Virus record (IMG/VR): IMGVR_UViG_2895532408_000002
Location: 11,952 to 75,951 of that record
Source: a virus
Lineage: Duplodnaviria; Caudoviricetes
Direction: 5' to 3' (one strand)
DNA length: 64,000 nt
Part shown: in pieces, positions 36,964 through 47,698 of the stretch
Layout of the letters: each line of letters opens with the position of its first letter
Position numbering within the stretch: the first letter of the stretch is position 1
Translations under genes and position numbers: made by a program
The notes under the pieces: model-generated
Told to the model about the DNA's origin: nothing
The model's input: only the letters and a program-made list of their open reading frames with translations
The model's database searches: none

Positions 36964-38745
36964 GTGGCTAATCAGTTTTTAATGGATTTGTACTCGACTG
37001 CCGAAGGCCGGTACAACAAAGATTCAAAAGATATGACGCATGGGGATTGGATGTGTGCCAACACTTCACTCAACAAGCGACCCTTTAGTTTTGAGCGCTA
37101 CCCCTTTCAAAAACAGATTGCGGATGATATGCACCCCAGTCTAGATTGTATAAAACCTTCTCAGGTTGGCCTTACCGAAATACAGATTCGTAAAGCGCTG
37201 GCAATACTAAGCCGAACACCCAACACCTCTTTGATTTACACCATGCCTAATGAGCGAATGTTTAAGCGTATTTCAAAAGCGCGTATTCAGCCTTTGATTA
37301 ACTTTGACAAAGCGTTTCGTCAGGAGAGTGGGGACAAAACAAAGCAATCGATGGACCTTATGCGAATTGGTACCAGCTTTCTTTACGTCACGGGTTCTGC
37401 AGAGGCCGACGCCACGAGTATCAACGCGGACTTTGTTTTTAACGATGAGATTGATTTAACAGACCCGTCGATGTTGTCACTCTTTAACTCTCGTCTACAA
37501 GGCTCTGACCATCGTGTAAACCAGCGTTTTAGTACGCCGACCTATGAGGGTGTAGGCGTTGACAGGGGATACAGAAGGAGCGACCAACATGAGTACGTGA
37601 TCAAGTGCCGTTGCTGTAATCATTACCAAATACCGGTATTTAGCCGAGCGTTCGTAGAAGTTGATGGTCTTCCCGATGATTTGGAAAAATTCGAAGATAT
37701 CTCGGATAACCTAATTGACTCTGGCCAGCTCGATATTCAATCCGCACGCGTGGTTTGTGAAAAATGCCGGAAGCCCCTGAACCTTGCGGACTATGAAAAC
37801 CGTGAATGGGTTGCAAAATACCCGAGTCGGGTACTCAACCGTGGTTATCGTATCCGCACGTTCTCTACCCATAGACTCGACCCCCAGTATTGTTTCGCTC
37901 AATTATTTGATTACAAGTCGAATGACAACCTGAAGGGCTTTTACAACACAGTAAAAGGGGAACCCTACAACAACGAGGACCAGAAGCTTTCGTTAAGCCA
38001 GATAAAACTCGCTATGGGTAGCCCTGCTATTCCCGAGCCGAGACAGGGGGAACCTCACTTTATAGGTATTGATATGGGGGTAACGTGCTATATCGTTGTT
38101 GGTTGCGGTATGGACCCTAGAAAGATGCGTATTATTCTCGCCACGTACTGTCATATCGACCAATTAAGGGGGCTAGTTAAGAAGCTAGATGAGCAATACA
38201 AATTTGTTGGTGGTGGTCTAGATAGGTACCCTTACACGCCCACGAGTAATGATATTAGAAATGGTAGCCTAGGGCGGATTATGCCGGTTCACTACACGAA
38301 AAGTAAGGAAGTGGCCGAAGAGAAGAATGCCTTAGGCGAAGTGGATTATATCAAGGTAAACAGAACGGATATGCTGGACCATGTGGCCACAGGCTTAAGA
38401 AACTTAACGTGGTCGATTGAAGGTTACACCAGTAACCAAGATAAAATTGAATCTCATCTTCAAGATATGATCCGAGAGGAAGTTGAAGAGGAACAAGCCG
38501 TTTGGGTTAAGCTTTCTGGCAAGGACCACTTCTTTCACGCTATGGCCTATCTCGCGTCAGCCGTTTCTTACAAAATCGTGAAAGACGGACTTGAAGGCTG
38601 GGTTAACGTAAATACGGATTTCTCGAACGCTGGTCATGGTGGAGGTATCATTCTAGGCCAACAAGATAATGATATCTTTGGCACAACCGACTTAATCGGT
38701 TATTCTTCCAGCAATAACCCGACAAAAATAATTCGTCGGTACTAA
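36964..38745 (+). CDS. Terminase large subunit (GpA-like)
   Basis: KPSQVGLTE, FNDEID, FSTPT, CxxC pairs, IGIDMG, DHFFHA; GTG start after GGGG. Confidence 0.9.
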   Translation: MANQFLMDLYSTAEGRYNKDSKDMTHGDWMCANTSLNKRPFSFERYPFQKQIADDMHPSLDCIKPSQVGLTEIQIRKALAILSRTPNTSLIYTMPNERMFKRISKARIQPLINFDKAFRQESGDKTKQSMDLMRIGTSFLYVTGSAEADATSINADFVFNDEIDLTDPSMLSLFNSRLQGSDHRVNQRFSTPTYEGVGVDRGYRRSDQHEYVIKCRCCNHYQIPVFSRAFVEVDGLPDDLEKFEDISDNLIDSGQLDIQSARVVCEKCRKPLNLADYENREWVAKYPSRVLNRGYRIRTFSTHRLDPQYCFAQLFDYKSNDNLKGFYNTVKGEPYNNEDQKLSLSQIKLAMGSPAIPEPRQGEPHFIGIDMGVTCYIVVGCGMDPRKMRIILATYCHIDQLRGLVKKLDEQYKFVGGGLDRYPYTPTSNDIRNGSLGRIMPVHYTKSKEVAEEKNALGEVDYIKVNRTDMLDHVATGLRNLTWSIEGYTSNQDKIESHLQDMIREEVEEEQAVWVKLSGKDHFFHAMAYLASAVSYKIVKDGLEGWVNVNTDFSNAGHGGGIILGQQDNDIFGTTDLIGYSSSNNPTKIIRRY

Positions 38746-38763
38746 CAATTTGGGAAATTGACG

Positions 38764-40224
38764 ATGGCCGGAACAATACTTAGCAAGCTCAAGGTAATTG
38801 TGCCTAATCGGTTTAAGCCGAAAGGGAGTACACAAACTGCGACCTATAACGCAGAAAACAATACGGAAGTCCTATCGCTCCCAGATTATCGGGAACACTT
38901 AGAAGATATTTATTCAAGTCGAGTTTCGGATAACTCACAAGAACTCATCATGAAGCTTGTTAAGTCCGATCCTGACGCTTCAGCAGCCCTAGGTGCGTAC
39001 TTAACCACTGCCGGAAGCGCTATCCCTTATATTGTTGTAAAAGACCCTGACGGAGCGATTGACCGCGACGGGGCCAAGATAGTCAATGAGCTTATTGAAG
39101 CCCTCGAGACCCGTCGGGATTATTCTAAAGGTTACTTAAGACCTAAAACGCTTCGAGAACTCTCCGAAGAGTTCCGCTATATGTTATTGGCCCGTGGCGG
39201 TATAGGGTGTGAAACCGTATTTGGGGACCAGCTTCAATTAACTGAGCTTCGTAATATTGATATGGCCAGTATTCGATGGCAAGAGAAAGAGCCAGGGAAA
39301 ATGGTACCTTGGCAAGACCAAGGCGGCGGGGACCCAATAAAGATGGATATCCCGTCGTTCTTCGTAGCGTGGTACCGAAAGTCACCTATAGAAGCCTATG
39401 GCCATAGCCCATTTGTTAGCGCAATTAATACCATGGCAGCAAGGCAACAGGTGATTAATGACTTGTATCGAATCATGCAAGTTACAGGGTTCCCGCGAAT
39501 CGCTATCAAGGTACTTGAAGAAGTCTTGGTGAAAAATGCCCCCGCGGATGTTAAGGCCGACGCACAAAAACTAAGAACCTATATTTCTCAACGCCGCCAA
39601 GAGATTGGAAGCGCGTTTGCTTCGCTGCGTCCAGACCAAGCGATGGTTCACACCGACAGTGCGGAAGTCTCAATGCTGAATGAAAAGAACCCTGCTACAG
39701 GGATTAAAATTCAGGAAGTGATTGATACGCTAAACGCGCAAAACCAAGCCGGTTTAAAGACGATGGCTACGGTATTAGGGAGAGGCGAATCAGGGGTGAA
39801 TACAGCTACGGTTGAAGCGAACTTATTTGCTAAAGCAGCGGATAGTTTGAATGAACCTATCGGAGAAATCCTCGGTAGTATGCTGACGATGGCCTTGCGT
39901 ATGCAGGGGTCAGAGAGTCGAGTTATTGTTAGGTTCCCGAATATTGATTTGCGCTCAGAGCTTGAGCTAGAGGCACAATTGAATTTGAAATCTAACCGCT
40001 TGCGCACGGACCTGAGTGATGGCTTGATAACAGACGATGATTATCATATCGCCATGTATCGTCGAATCCGTCCTGACGCTGTACCGGAGTTGAGCGGGAC
40101 TGGTTTTATTGGTGGCGCTATGGAAGTAGACGCTGAAAAAGTGAGCCCTAATTCTGACCCACAAGGACGCTCAGTTAGTCGCGCTTCAGACAAAAGTGCG
40201 AAGTCTAACGCTAACCAGTCTTAA
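38764..40224 (+). CDS. Portal protein
   Basis: Size and position after terL. Confidence 0.75.
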   Translation: MAGTILSKLKVIVPNRFKPKGSTQTATYNAENNTEVLSLPDYREHLEDIYSSRVSDNSQELIMKLVKSDPDASAALGAYLTTAGSAIPYIVVKDPDGAIDRDGAKIVNELIEALETRRDYSKGYLRPKTLRELSEEFRYMLLARGGIGCETVFGDQLQLTELRNIDMASIRWQEKEPGKMVPWQDQGGGDPIKMDIPSFFVAWYRKSPIEAYGHSPFVSAINTMAARQQVINDLYRIMQVTGFPRIAIKVLEEVLVKNAPADVKADAQKLRTYISQRRQEIGSAFASLRPDQAMVHTDSAEVSMLNEKNPATGIKIQEVIDTLNAQNQAGLKTMATVLGRGESGVNTATVEANLFAKAADSLNEPIGEILGSMLTMALRMQGSESRVIVRFPNIDLRSELELEAQLNLKSNRLRTDLSDGLITDDDYHIAMYRRIRPDAVPELSGTGFIGGAMEVDAEKVSPNSDPQGRSVSRASDKSAKSNANQS

Positions 40225-40299
40225 GGTTAATTTTTAATCGGGCTTGGCAACGCGATTGAAAAGCCCTAAGATAATCGAAAATTTGGATGGAAATTGACG

Positions 40300-41466
40300 A
40301 TGGCTAAACGGCTAACCCTCACTGAGCGTATAAAATCGCTTATCACCGCAGCCGCGGGTGATGAAATAGACTTTTCGCAGATTGCAGCGTATGAGAGCGT
40401 TGCGGCATCTACTCGTCCAATCAATCAACCAAGCACAGCGTATCATGGCGCACAAATGACAGAAGGCTTTCTGTCCCAGATGGCGGCGTATTACAAAGAA
40501 GAAAGCGTTCCTATTCAGGTCATGCATAATGGCCAGATGCTCCCTGTGGGTAAAGTATTCGCTGCAGATACCTATAGCGCCGATGAAGGCCACACCAATT
40601 TAAACGTTCTTTTCTATGTGGATGCTCAAGGACCTTACGCCCGAGATATTGACCTTTCTATTCTCGATGAGGTTTCTGTGGGTGCGGCCCCCAATCACGC
40701 ATATTGTTCGGAATGTAGTTTCGACTATATGGCCGAAGGTAACGAAATGAGTTTCTGGTTTCGTGAATGTGACAACGGCCATCGAATCGGTGAGAACGGA
40801 ACCCACCTTCGCTTAACCGACCTCCGTGCTTGGAAAGAATTATCACTCGTGAACAAAGGCGCGAGTAATAAACCGAAGATACTTGGCTCTGCCAAGCAAC
40901 GTCTGGGCAAAGACGCATATAACCAGCTTGCCGCTTCGAGTTCTCCTGAAGCCGTACAGTACAGTTATATGACTTGCTCCCCCACTCAAAGTGAAACAAC
41001 AGGTGAAACTATGGATTTATCAGCATTAACAAACCAAGTTTCTACGTTGTCCGCAGCTAACGGCAAGCTAGAAGTTAAACTCGAAACGGCAGAGGCAGCG
41101 CTTACCGCTTCTCAGTCGGAAGTTGCCGCGCTGAAAGGACAAGTAGAAGAACTAAATACGAAGATTGAAAGCGGTTCTGAGACCAAACTTCAATCTGATC
41201 TTTCAGCCGCTCAAGCGCAACTTGAAACGGCGAACAAAATTGTCGGCGTGTTCGATGAACAACTCAAACTAGCTGTTGTTGCAGCGGGTTTAACTTTGGC
41301 TGACAACGCCAGCGCGGACGAAAAAATTGAGCTTCTAAAACAAGCTCAAATTAAACTGGCAGCAATTCCACGCGGCGGCGTAGGTAAAGGTGCGGATGCA
41401 CCGGTAGCCGACGACGTTCTGGTTCTTTCTGCCGCGCATAACAGTGCGTTTGTTTCTAATCGATAA
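40300..41466 (+). CDS. Prohead protease with C-terminal scaffold
   Basis: MH...GK, EVSVG, ELSLV; coiled-coil C-terminus. Confidence 0.8.
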   Translation: MAKRLTLTERIKSLITAAAGDEIDFSQIAAYESVAASTRPINQPSTAYHGAQMTEGFLSQMAAYYKEESVPIQVMHNGQMLPVGKVFAADTYSADEGHTNLNVLFYVDAQGPYARDIDLSILDEVSVGAAPNHAYCSECSFDYMAEGNEMSFWFRECDNGHRIGENGTHLRLTDLRAWKELSLVNKGASNKPKILGSAKQRLGKDAYNQLAASSSPEAVQYSYMTCSPTQSETTGETMDLSALTNQVSTLSAANGKLEVKLETAEAALTASQSEVAALKGQVEELNTKIESGSETKLQSDLSAAQAQLETANKIVGVFDEQLKLAVVAAGLTLADNASADEKIELLKQAQIKLAAIPRGGVGKGADAPVADDVLVLSAAHNSAFVSNR

Positions 41467-41477
41467 GGGGAAGAGTC

Positions 41478-41870
41478 ATGCAAATTGGCGATTTACAACA
41501 TAAGGGTATCCGCACTGAATCCGCGGCAGCATCTTTTTATCTAGATGCCTCAATTACGGGTTTCGCGGACGTTGGTAAACCTGTGTGTATCACAGGCAAC
41601 TTTGAGGTGGGCTTTGGTGCTGCGGATGCTGAGATTATTGGCTACCTAGAATCATACGAAGACCGTGAAGTTGAAAATGTAAAAATGGGTGCGGTCTCTT
41701 GGCATATGTGCGCCGAGTTTGAATACGCGGGTACAGCTCCAACAGTGGGTGGCCACGTAGTATCAAACGGTGACGGTAAGGTAAAGGTTGCCGGAGCTGG
41801 GGCGGGTCGCAACGTAGTGGTTACCGCCGTTGATACCACAAATAACATGGTATCTGTGATCTTCCGTTAA
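41478..41870 (+). CDS. Head decoration protein
   Basis: Small Gly/Val-rich protein between scaffold and capsid. Confidence 0.65.
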   Translation: MQIGDLQHKGIRTESAAASFYLDASITGFADVGKPVCITGNFEVGFGAADAEIIGYLESYEDREVENVKMGAVSWHMCAEFEYAGTAPTVGGHVVSNGDGKVKVAGAGAGRNVVVTAVDTTNNMVSVIFR

Positions 41871-41912
41871 TTCGGAAGATTAGAACCAGAAATAAAAATT
41901 TGGAGATTGACG

Positions 41913-43118
41913 ATGCAAACAGCAAATCTTAGTCAGATTAAACGCGCCCCACTTGATGTGGTTCTGGCGGGTATCAATAGTGAACACAGCGACGATTCGA
42001 TTCGTGCCGGTGTTAAGCTGGTACAAGCAGCAAAACAATACGGTATTAACGTTCGTGACTACCTAAACTTAGCGGTTGACGTTCGTGCGTCAAACGATCC
42101 TGAAAAGGGTAAAAACTTCCGTTTAGAGAATGGTAACTTTATGACCGGCTATCAGGCCGCGATTGTTGAATTAAACCTACCGTTCAAAAACTCGTTTGAG
42201 CAAGGTATTACCCTTCAAGCGGCAGCGGACACCTTTAGTGCACGCCCAGGGTCTCGGGCACTTTTCCCAGAAGTTATCGATGATATGCTTCAGTGGAATA
42301 CGCGCCAAGATATGTTCGAGTCAACGGCCCCGATGGTCGCTCAGACTCGTACTATCACGGGTAACGAACTTATTACTACAGCCATTTTTGACGACCAAGG
42401 CCAGTTGAATACTTCGCCTATCGCTGAACTTGCGAACATTCCGATGCAGACTATCAAAAGCTCTGATAAGTCGGTTAAGTTCTTCAAGCATGGCTCAGGT
42501 ATCCGTACCTCATACGAATTCGAACGTCGTGTTAGCCTAGACATTCTTACGCCATATGCTGCTCGTATTGCGCGTAATAAAGAAATCAGCAAAGTGAAGA
42601 TGGCAACCTCGCTATTGATCAATGGTGATGGTGTTCACGAAGCGGCAGAAGTGGTAGCAGCTTCTAACTATAAAGATTGGGATGCGGCTAAAGGCCTTAA
42701 AGGTAACTATGTTGCCTTAGCGGACTTCTTGGCGCAACGTGCTCGTAAAGGCGTACCGGTTGATACTATCGTAGGTAACTACGATATGTGGCTAGAACTG
42801 TTCCTAATGTTCTTACCTACTCAACCTAACGGTAAGTCTACCTCTGAAATTCTTCAGGAGAACGGTGGTCCTCGCGTGGCTCTGGCCATGGACTTCTTAA
42901 GCGGTGTTAACTTCCATATTTCAAGCTCAGCCCCTTCAGGTAAGCTGATTTGTTATTCGAAGGCTGACACGCTGGAAGAACTTATCGAAGCGGGTTCTGT
43001 ACTGTCTGAGTCTGAGACAGCAATCAAGAACCAGTCGATTACTTACGTGAAAACTGAAAACTCAGGCTATCGCCTAGTTTACGGTGATACTCGCGTAATC
43101 TTCGATACTGCGGCCTAA
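41913..43118 (+). CDS. Major capsid protein
   Basis: ~400 aa, KHGSGIRTSYE, LLINGDG, followed by terminator. Confidence 0.85.
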   Translation: MQTANLSQIKRAPLDVVLAGINSEHSDDSIRAGVKLVQAAKQYGINVRDYLNLAVDVRASNDPEKGKNFRLENGNFMTGYQAAIVELNLPFKNSFEQGITLQAAADTFSARPGSRALFPEVIDDMLQWNTRQDMFESTAPMVAQTRTITGNELITTAIFDDQGQLNTSPIAELANIPMQTIKSSDKSVKFFKHGSGIRTSYEFERRVSLDILTPYAARIARNKEISKVKMATSLLINGDGVHEAAEVVAASNYKDWDAAKGLKGNYVALADFLAQRARKGVPVDTIVGNYDMWLELFLMFLPTQPNGKSTSEILQENGGPRVALAMDFLSGVNFHISSSAPSGKLICYSKADTLEELIEAGSVLSESETAIKNQSITYVKTENSGYRLVYGDTRVIFDTAA

Positions 43119-43125
43119 CCAAATA

Positions 43126-43147
43126 TAGCCCCCTTAAAAGGGGGCTA
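43126..43147 (+). terminator. Hairpin TAGCCCCC-TTAAAA-GGGGGCTA after MCP
   Basis: 8-bp stem. Confidence 0.65.
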
Positions 43148-43163
43148 ATTGGAGAACTTATCA

Positions 43164-43547
43164 ATGAAAAAGATACTCGCTGAAACCACTAAGTCTTTTA
43201 TGCTAATGACGCGTTTTGGAATTATTGAAGCGTTCCGCCCTTCGGTAATAGGCCATTGCACGGAAGTGGACCAGTTTGTTTCACAGCAGCAAGTAAAAGT
43301 GCTGGATAACGACTTGCCAGAAAACGCCACGGACGAAGAGTTCAAAAAGTTCTTAGACTCTCATGAGGGTGACTGGGAAACTGCACTGGAAAATTTCAAG
43401 CTAAGCCTTAAAGGTGTTGAAGAGACGGAAGAAGGGGATAAGGAAGACGCTGATAAGGAGACGGACGAAGGGGATAAGGAAGACTCACCAGAATCAGAAC
43501 CCGCACCAAAGAAAACTACGACTCGCACAACTAAAGCGAAGTCTTAA
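43164..43547 (+). CDS. Acidic hypothetical virion-region protein
   Basis: GGAG RBS; EGDKED repeated. Confidence 0.7.
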   Translation: MKKILAETTKSFMLMTRFGIIEAFRPSVIGHCTEVDQFVSQQQVKVLDNDLPENATDEEFKKFLDSHEGDWETALENFKLSLKGVEETEEGDKEDADKETDEGDKEDSPESEPAPKKTTTRTTKAKS

Positions 43548-43556
43548 GGAACAACA

Positions 43557-44243
43557 ATGTTAAGTGTCCCAAATAACGAAATGTTAATGCTGACAGAGTT
43601 TCAAATAGGTGACTACACCTATTTGCCGGACTTTGGGACCGTAAGTGTCTCCCTCAAGGACCATGAGGGCGTTGAGGTGCATTCAATGGATGTACCTTTT
43701 GATGCTGATTACAGCATCCCTCAAGATATCCTGAAAGTCAGCAGCAGTGATATCTTGAGCTTTTTTAAGTTGACGGTTAAGTTCACCAGTGAAAATCGCC
43801 AACGTATTTATACGGATATTGTTCGGGTTCATACGGATTTTATGTTTACATCCACACCCTCTAATCTAAGAAGCCTTATAGGGCTATACGAAGAAGAACT
43901 CCCTGATAGTGAGATTGATTTTATTTACTCGTTCAATGAGCTGGTAAATGAACTTGGCCAAGGCCTACTTGATGATACAAACGCTCGTATCAACAAGTTA
44001 ATTTTGCTACATGAAGCTGTGCGCCACCTTCCTGCGTTAGGACTGAAAACTCTAAAGTCTAATGAAATTGACGACACTAAGAAGTCTCGACTATCCAATG
44101 TTGATATAAAATCCGTGCAGGACTCTATTACATCCCAGTATTGGGCTCACAAATTAACGTTTGAGTCTGTGGATCAATTCCCGCAAGACCCAATCCTTGA
44201 ATTTGTGGCCCGAACTGACCCGTTCACAGGTGAAGACGCATGA
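43557..44243 (+). CDS. Probable head-tail adaptor
   Basis: Position. Confidence 0.55.
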   Translation: MLSVPNNEMLMLTEFQIGDYTYLPDFGTVSVSLKDHEGVEVHSMDVPFDADYSIPQDILKVSSSDILSFFKLTVKFTSENRQRIYTDIVRVHTDFMFTSTPSNLRSLIGLYEEELPDSEIDFIYSFNELVNELGQGLLDDTNARINKLILLHEAVRHLPALGLKTLKSNEIDDTKKSRLSNVDIKSVQDSITSQYWAHKLTFESVDQFPQDPILEFVARTDPFTGEDA

Positions 44244-44722
44244 ATATCTTTAGCTCGTATTATCGCGACAACCTTAAGCTGGTTGCGCGTACTACGAAGC
44301 CCAGTGAAAGTTTTCGAAGTCTGGTACCTGTTAGGGTTCTGGTTCATATACCAAAGCGCTTTAGGGTTAGGGCGGGGGATATTATTCGTAAAAATGAACA
44401 CACAGCGTTTCTACTGGCCGAACATCATGCTTACGGTTTAAATAACGTTTTTCTCGGTTTGTCTATTAACGCTGAAGCTGAGGTTATCTATTCTATTCGG
44501 GTCCGCCATCCTGTTACGGGGTTGGAGACCAATGGTTTTAGTACGGAAAGCGAAACCCTTCCCTGTGTTCAAGAAATAGAAACCCCGACGGAGGTAAAAG
44601 GCCTTACCGTCTCACAAGAGGTCTTTTACTTTGGCACTGAAATACCTAAGGACGCCAAAGTAAACGGACGAACGGTAACCAAGGTTACACCCGTTTCAGG
44701 GGTTTACCGCGTAGAGGTGTAG
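44240..44722 (+). CDS. Probable head closure protein
   Basis: Position, beta-rich. Confidence 0.5.
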   Translation: MNIFSSYYRDNLKLVARTTKPSESFRSLVPVRVLVHIPKRFRVRAGDIIRKNEHTAFLLAEHHAYGLNNVFLGLSINAEAEVIYSIRVRHPVTGLETNGFSTESETLPCVQEIETPTEVKGLTVSQEVFYFGTEIPKDAKVNGRTVTKVTPVSGVYRVEV

Positions 44723-44725
44723 GCA

Positions 44726-45634
44726 ATGTCGGTTACCGCGGATTTTCAAGCCCAGTTCGAAGCGCTCGTCACAGGCTTAACGGAAGGCGAAACCGCTTTC
44801 GTTAGAAGTGAAATAGAGTCGGCTACCGTATCCTTTCTGAATAATGTTTTCACTTCGTTAGCGGCCATGATCAGTGCTATGTCGAAGGAAGCCGAAGTCA
44901 TACAATACGCGCCTAATGCGTTTGGTTATGAAGGAACGAGTAAACGTATTACTTCACGCTGGCAAATTCGCAAAAATCTAGGCCTAGGTAAAAAGCCTTT
45001 AACTAAAGAGCCTATGTTGTTTCGAGGCCTTAGTGAGAAAAAGGGTAAAACTTCACTGGTTGAATTGCTTAAAAGATTAGGAAGCAATAACGACACCGGA
45101 GCAAAGCTTTATACTGGGCTTGGTGGACTATCGTTGTCTCCGGTGGCTACCGGAACCTCAGCTTTAAAGCCTGGGCTTAAATATTCCAAGTGGGCGGGTA
45201 AAGCTTATAACCCACGAACCCGAGAATATGTCGCTTGGAAAGATGCGGTTATTCCGGCAGTAAACCATTACTTGAGGCAAGGGGCTGTTAGAACTAGCAC
45301 AGGAACTACATTAGGCCCCAACGCGAGGGTCTCGGTTGAAGGAAGAAGAGGCCAGATATCAATACAGCGTGCCTTAGTTGAGGGCTTGGCCAGTGCGGGT
45401 ATCAACGTGAGTTTTTTATCTAAGCTCAACAGTTTTCTTGGAGCTAAGTCGGATTTCGATGATCTTGCAGACATACTCGAAACGTTAGGCTTAATTGACC
45501 AAAAAGAGAGAAATAAGATAGGTCACTTGCATAAATACAAGCACGCTATTTTATTACCCTACTTTGGCGCCTTACTGTCTAGCACAGGAAAAAATTCTTT
45601 AACCGCGTATCTAAAACGAGAAGGTGTCCTATAA
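44726..45634 (+). CDS. Probable neck / tail completion protein
   Basis: Position, basic. Confidence 0.5.
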   Translation: MSVTADFQAQFEALVTGLTEGETAFVRSEIESATVSFLNNVFTSLAAMISAMSKEAEVIQYAPNAFGYEGTSKRITSRWQIRKNLGLGKKPLTKEPMLFRGLSEKKGKTSLVELLKRLGSNNDTGAKLYTGLGGLSLSPVATGTSALKPGLKYSKWAGKAYNPRTREYVAWKDAVIPAVNHYLRQGAVRTSTGTTLGPNARVSVEGRRGQISIQRALVEGLASAGINVSFLSKLNSFLGAKSDFDDLADILETLGLIDQKERNKIGHLHKYKHAILLPYFGALLSSTGKNSLTAYLKREGVL

Positions 45635-46093
45635 ATGGCGCAGTATATTAATATCCAAGCCTCACTACTTCGGTTCTGCAGCGATAATGCCAAACTAATG
45701 CGTACTTTGGTGGGCACTGAATTTAAGAGCCTTAACCTCGATGCCTTTTCAAATGAAGATGATTTACCGGATGGGGACTTCATTGGTATAGAGGATTTAG
45801 CGGTACAGTCTTCTAGCGACGATACGCCTTTAGATACGCTTTCGGCAGCAGTAACGATTAGTACGGTATCCGACACTAACAATATGAGACTAACGAAAGT
45901 CGTAGATCATATTTTTGAATGCCTAAGGCCGAGTAAAGCTTTTACGTTATTTGATGAAAAAAATGGCGCGAGAAGGGGAAATATTACCTGTATGAATATG
46001 ACCCAAATACTCCCCGTTCAAGACGGAAAGAATTCTCGGGTTATCCAATCGATAATTTTTCAGGCTTCAGCTTTAGACGAATCAATAAAGTGA
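45635..46093 (+). CDS. Probable tail terminator
   Basis: Position before major tail protein. Confidence 0.5.
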   Translation: MAQYINIQASLLRFCSDNAKLMRTLVGTEFKSLNLDAFSNEDDLPDGDFIGIEDLAVQSSSDDTPLDTLSAAVTISTVSDTNNMRLTKVVDHIFECLRPSKAFTLFDEKNGARRGNITCMNMTQILPVQDGKNSRVIQSIIFQASALDESIK

Positions 46094-46401
46094 GTTAGTC
46101 CTAAGTCGCGCAAGCTGGCGCAAACAGCGATTTGAAAAGCTTGTTGACGAGTGTATAGTGTTCGTTGGCAGTACTGATCAAGACGATTCAAAACTTTTTT
46201 GGGTAGTCTTAAGGTAAAGCTTTTTGATGATGCCGACTTAGGAACAATACGCATATCGATTGGACTTAAGTTATTGTGTAAAAAGTGGTCTAATAAGACG
46301 CGCAACTTGTCCGCATCCGATTCACCCTCAATAGGGGCTTTAGATGCGGTCTCAAAAATGTTCGTGGGTGTGATGATTGAAATTGGTGTAAGTTTTGCCA
46401 T
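46060..46401 (-). CDS. Ribbon-helix-helix (Arc/CopG-like) DNA-binding protein
   Basis: SFTLRLPKKVLNRLDQYC; GGAGG RBS. Confidence 0.7.
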   Translation of the reverse strand: MAKLTPISIITPTNIFETASKAPIEGESDADKLRVLLDHFLHNNLSPIDMRIVPKSASSKSFTLRLPKKVLNRLDQYCQRTLYTRQQAFQIAVCASLRDLGLTHFIDSSKAEA

Positions 46402-46456
46402 GTTTCATCCTCCTTCAGCAAGGTATCAATAATAACCTAAAATTTGGAGATTGACG

Positions 46457-47287
46457 ATGGCTGGTGAAGCTAAAACAACTGATTTTATGTTGGGTACTGC
46501 CACTGTAATGATTGGTAACCCAGAAGACCTCTATAAACTTAACCCAGAAGAGCATTCTGTGGGCCTAGTTAAGAATTTCACAATCGAAGCAACAAAGGAA
46601 CGTTCAGACCTTACCCAAGGCCGAACTAACGATGTTGTCTTTACCCTAACAACAGGTGCCACAACTCGAGGCACATTCGAAATGTACGAATACACTGAAA
46701 AGAACCTTGCGTATGCTTTAGGTCTAGACGGTGGTGAACTTACTTCACCGGAAGGTGATGCTCATGTTGTAAAAACGGCGGCATCCTTTTCTTCGGGTAG
46801 TGTTAGCTTGGCATTAAATGACGGTACTGGTCAAAATATTGCCGTAGGTAGCTGGGTGAGTGTTCGTGACCCAATTTCTGAAAATATTGTTCTAGCTATG
46901 GTGACAAATGTGTCTGGAATAACTTCAGGAACCGCTACAGATGCAACAATCGAAGTTGAAGTCCCCGATTCAAATATGACTTGGGCTGTTCCGGCTGGCG
47001 CTTACGTATCTTTAGTAACGGTACTTGATGTTGGTTCAACGGATGTAGACCGTGACTTTGCCGCGAAGGTTCAGGGCCAGTTAGCTAATGGTAAGTGGAT
47101 CACACTTCTTATTCCTAAGATGCGCGTGTCTTCGGGTCTTACTATGGCGTTTGGTACTGATAACTTTGGCAACACGCCTTTCGAGTTTACACCTCTTAAA
47201 GTTACACCTTCAGATACTTACTATGCACCGTTCAAAGGTACCTCTGGTAAGTTGGTCCATGACTCAGTTACAAGTGCACTAGCGTAA
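46457..47287 (+). CDS. Major tail tube protein
   Basis: Position, followed by terminator and chaperone genes. Confidence 0.8.
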   Translation: MAGEAKTTDFMLGTATVMIGNPEDLYKLNPEEHSVGLVKNFTIEATKERSDLTQGRTNDVVFTLTTGATTRGTFEMYEYTEKNLAYALGLDGGELTSPEGDAHVVKTAASFSSGSVSLALNDGTGQNIAVGSWVSVRDPISENIVLAMVTNVSGITSGTATDATIEVEVPDSNMTWAVPAGAYVSLVTVLDVGSTDVDRDFAAKVQGQLANGKWITLLIPKMRVSSGLTMAFGTDNFGNTPFEFTPLKVTPSDTYYAPFKGTSGKLVHDSVTSALA

Positions 47288-47311
47288 ACTAGCGACGTTT
47301 AAAAACTGTTT

Positions 47312-47337
47312 AGAAGGCCTCTTCGGAGGCCTTTTTT
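47312..47337 (+). terminator. Terminator GAAGGCCTC-TTCG-GAGGCCTTTTTT
   Basis: UUCG tetraloop stem with U tract. Confidence 0.85.
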
Positions 47338-47350
47338 AAGGAAATTGACG

Positions 47351-47698
47351 ATGAGTGATAATCCCGCCACAAGATTTAATCTACGCGTTAATGATGAAGA
47401 TAAAGAAGTCTTTATGAGCTTTGCGCTATTAAACACTATCACGGGGTATTTCCGAAGCGCTGAAGAGCTAGACCAAATCCTATTAAACCCCGAAATTCGC
47501 AACAGCATCATTACGGAATTACTTTCTGAAAGAAATGAGAATGGTCGTATCACTAAGAACTTTGATACGACAAAAATGGTCGTTGACCACGATGAAGTTC
47601 TCGACTTGTTAGAATGGGTAGCGGAGCACGTTGAGAATTTTTTTATGAAGGCTCTCCAACGGGCCAAGCAAAGGATGAAAAAGAAGCAGACCATTTAG
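47351..47698 (+). CDS. Tail assembly chaperone (gpG-like)
   Basis: Position between tube and tape measure; slippery T7 run. Confidence 0.75.
   Translation: MSDNPATRFNLRVNDEDKEVFMSFALLNTITGYFRSAEELDQILLNPEIRNSIITELLSERNENGRITKNFDTTKMVVDHDEVLDLLEWVAEHVENFFMKALQRAKQRMKKKQTI

Noticed and set aside
38752-38766. Resemblance of the motif to 16S rRNA GAATTGACGG (~position 915-925)
   Set aside because: Same sense as rRNA so it cannot pair; short match; the phage antisense locus explains the motif better
44084-44094. GAAATTGACGA inside the adaptor gene
   Set aside because: Mid-CDS, encodes EIDD, not near a start; may be chance
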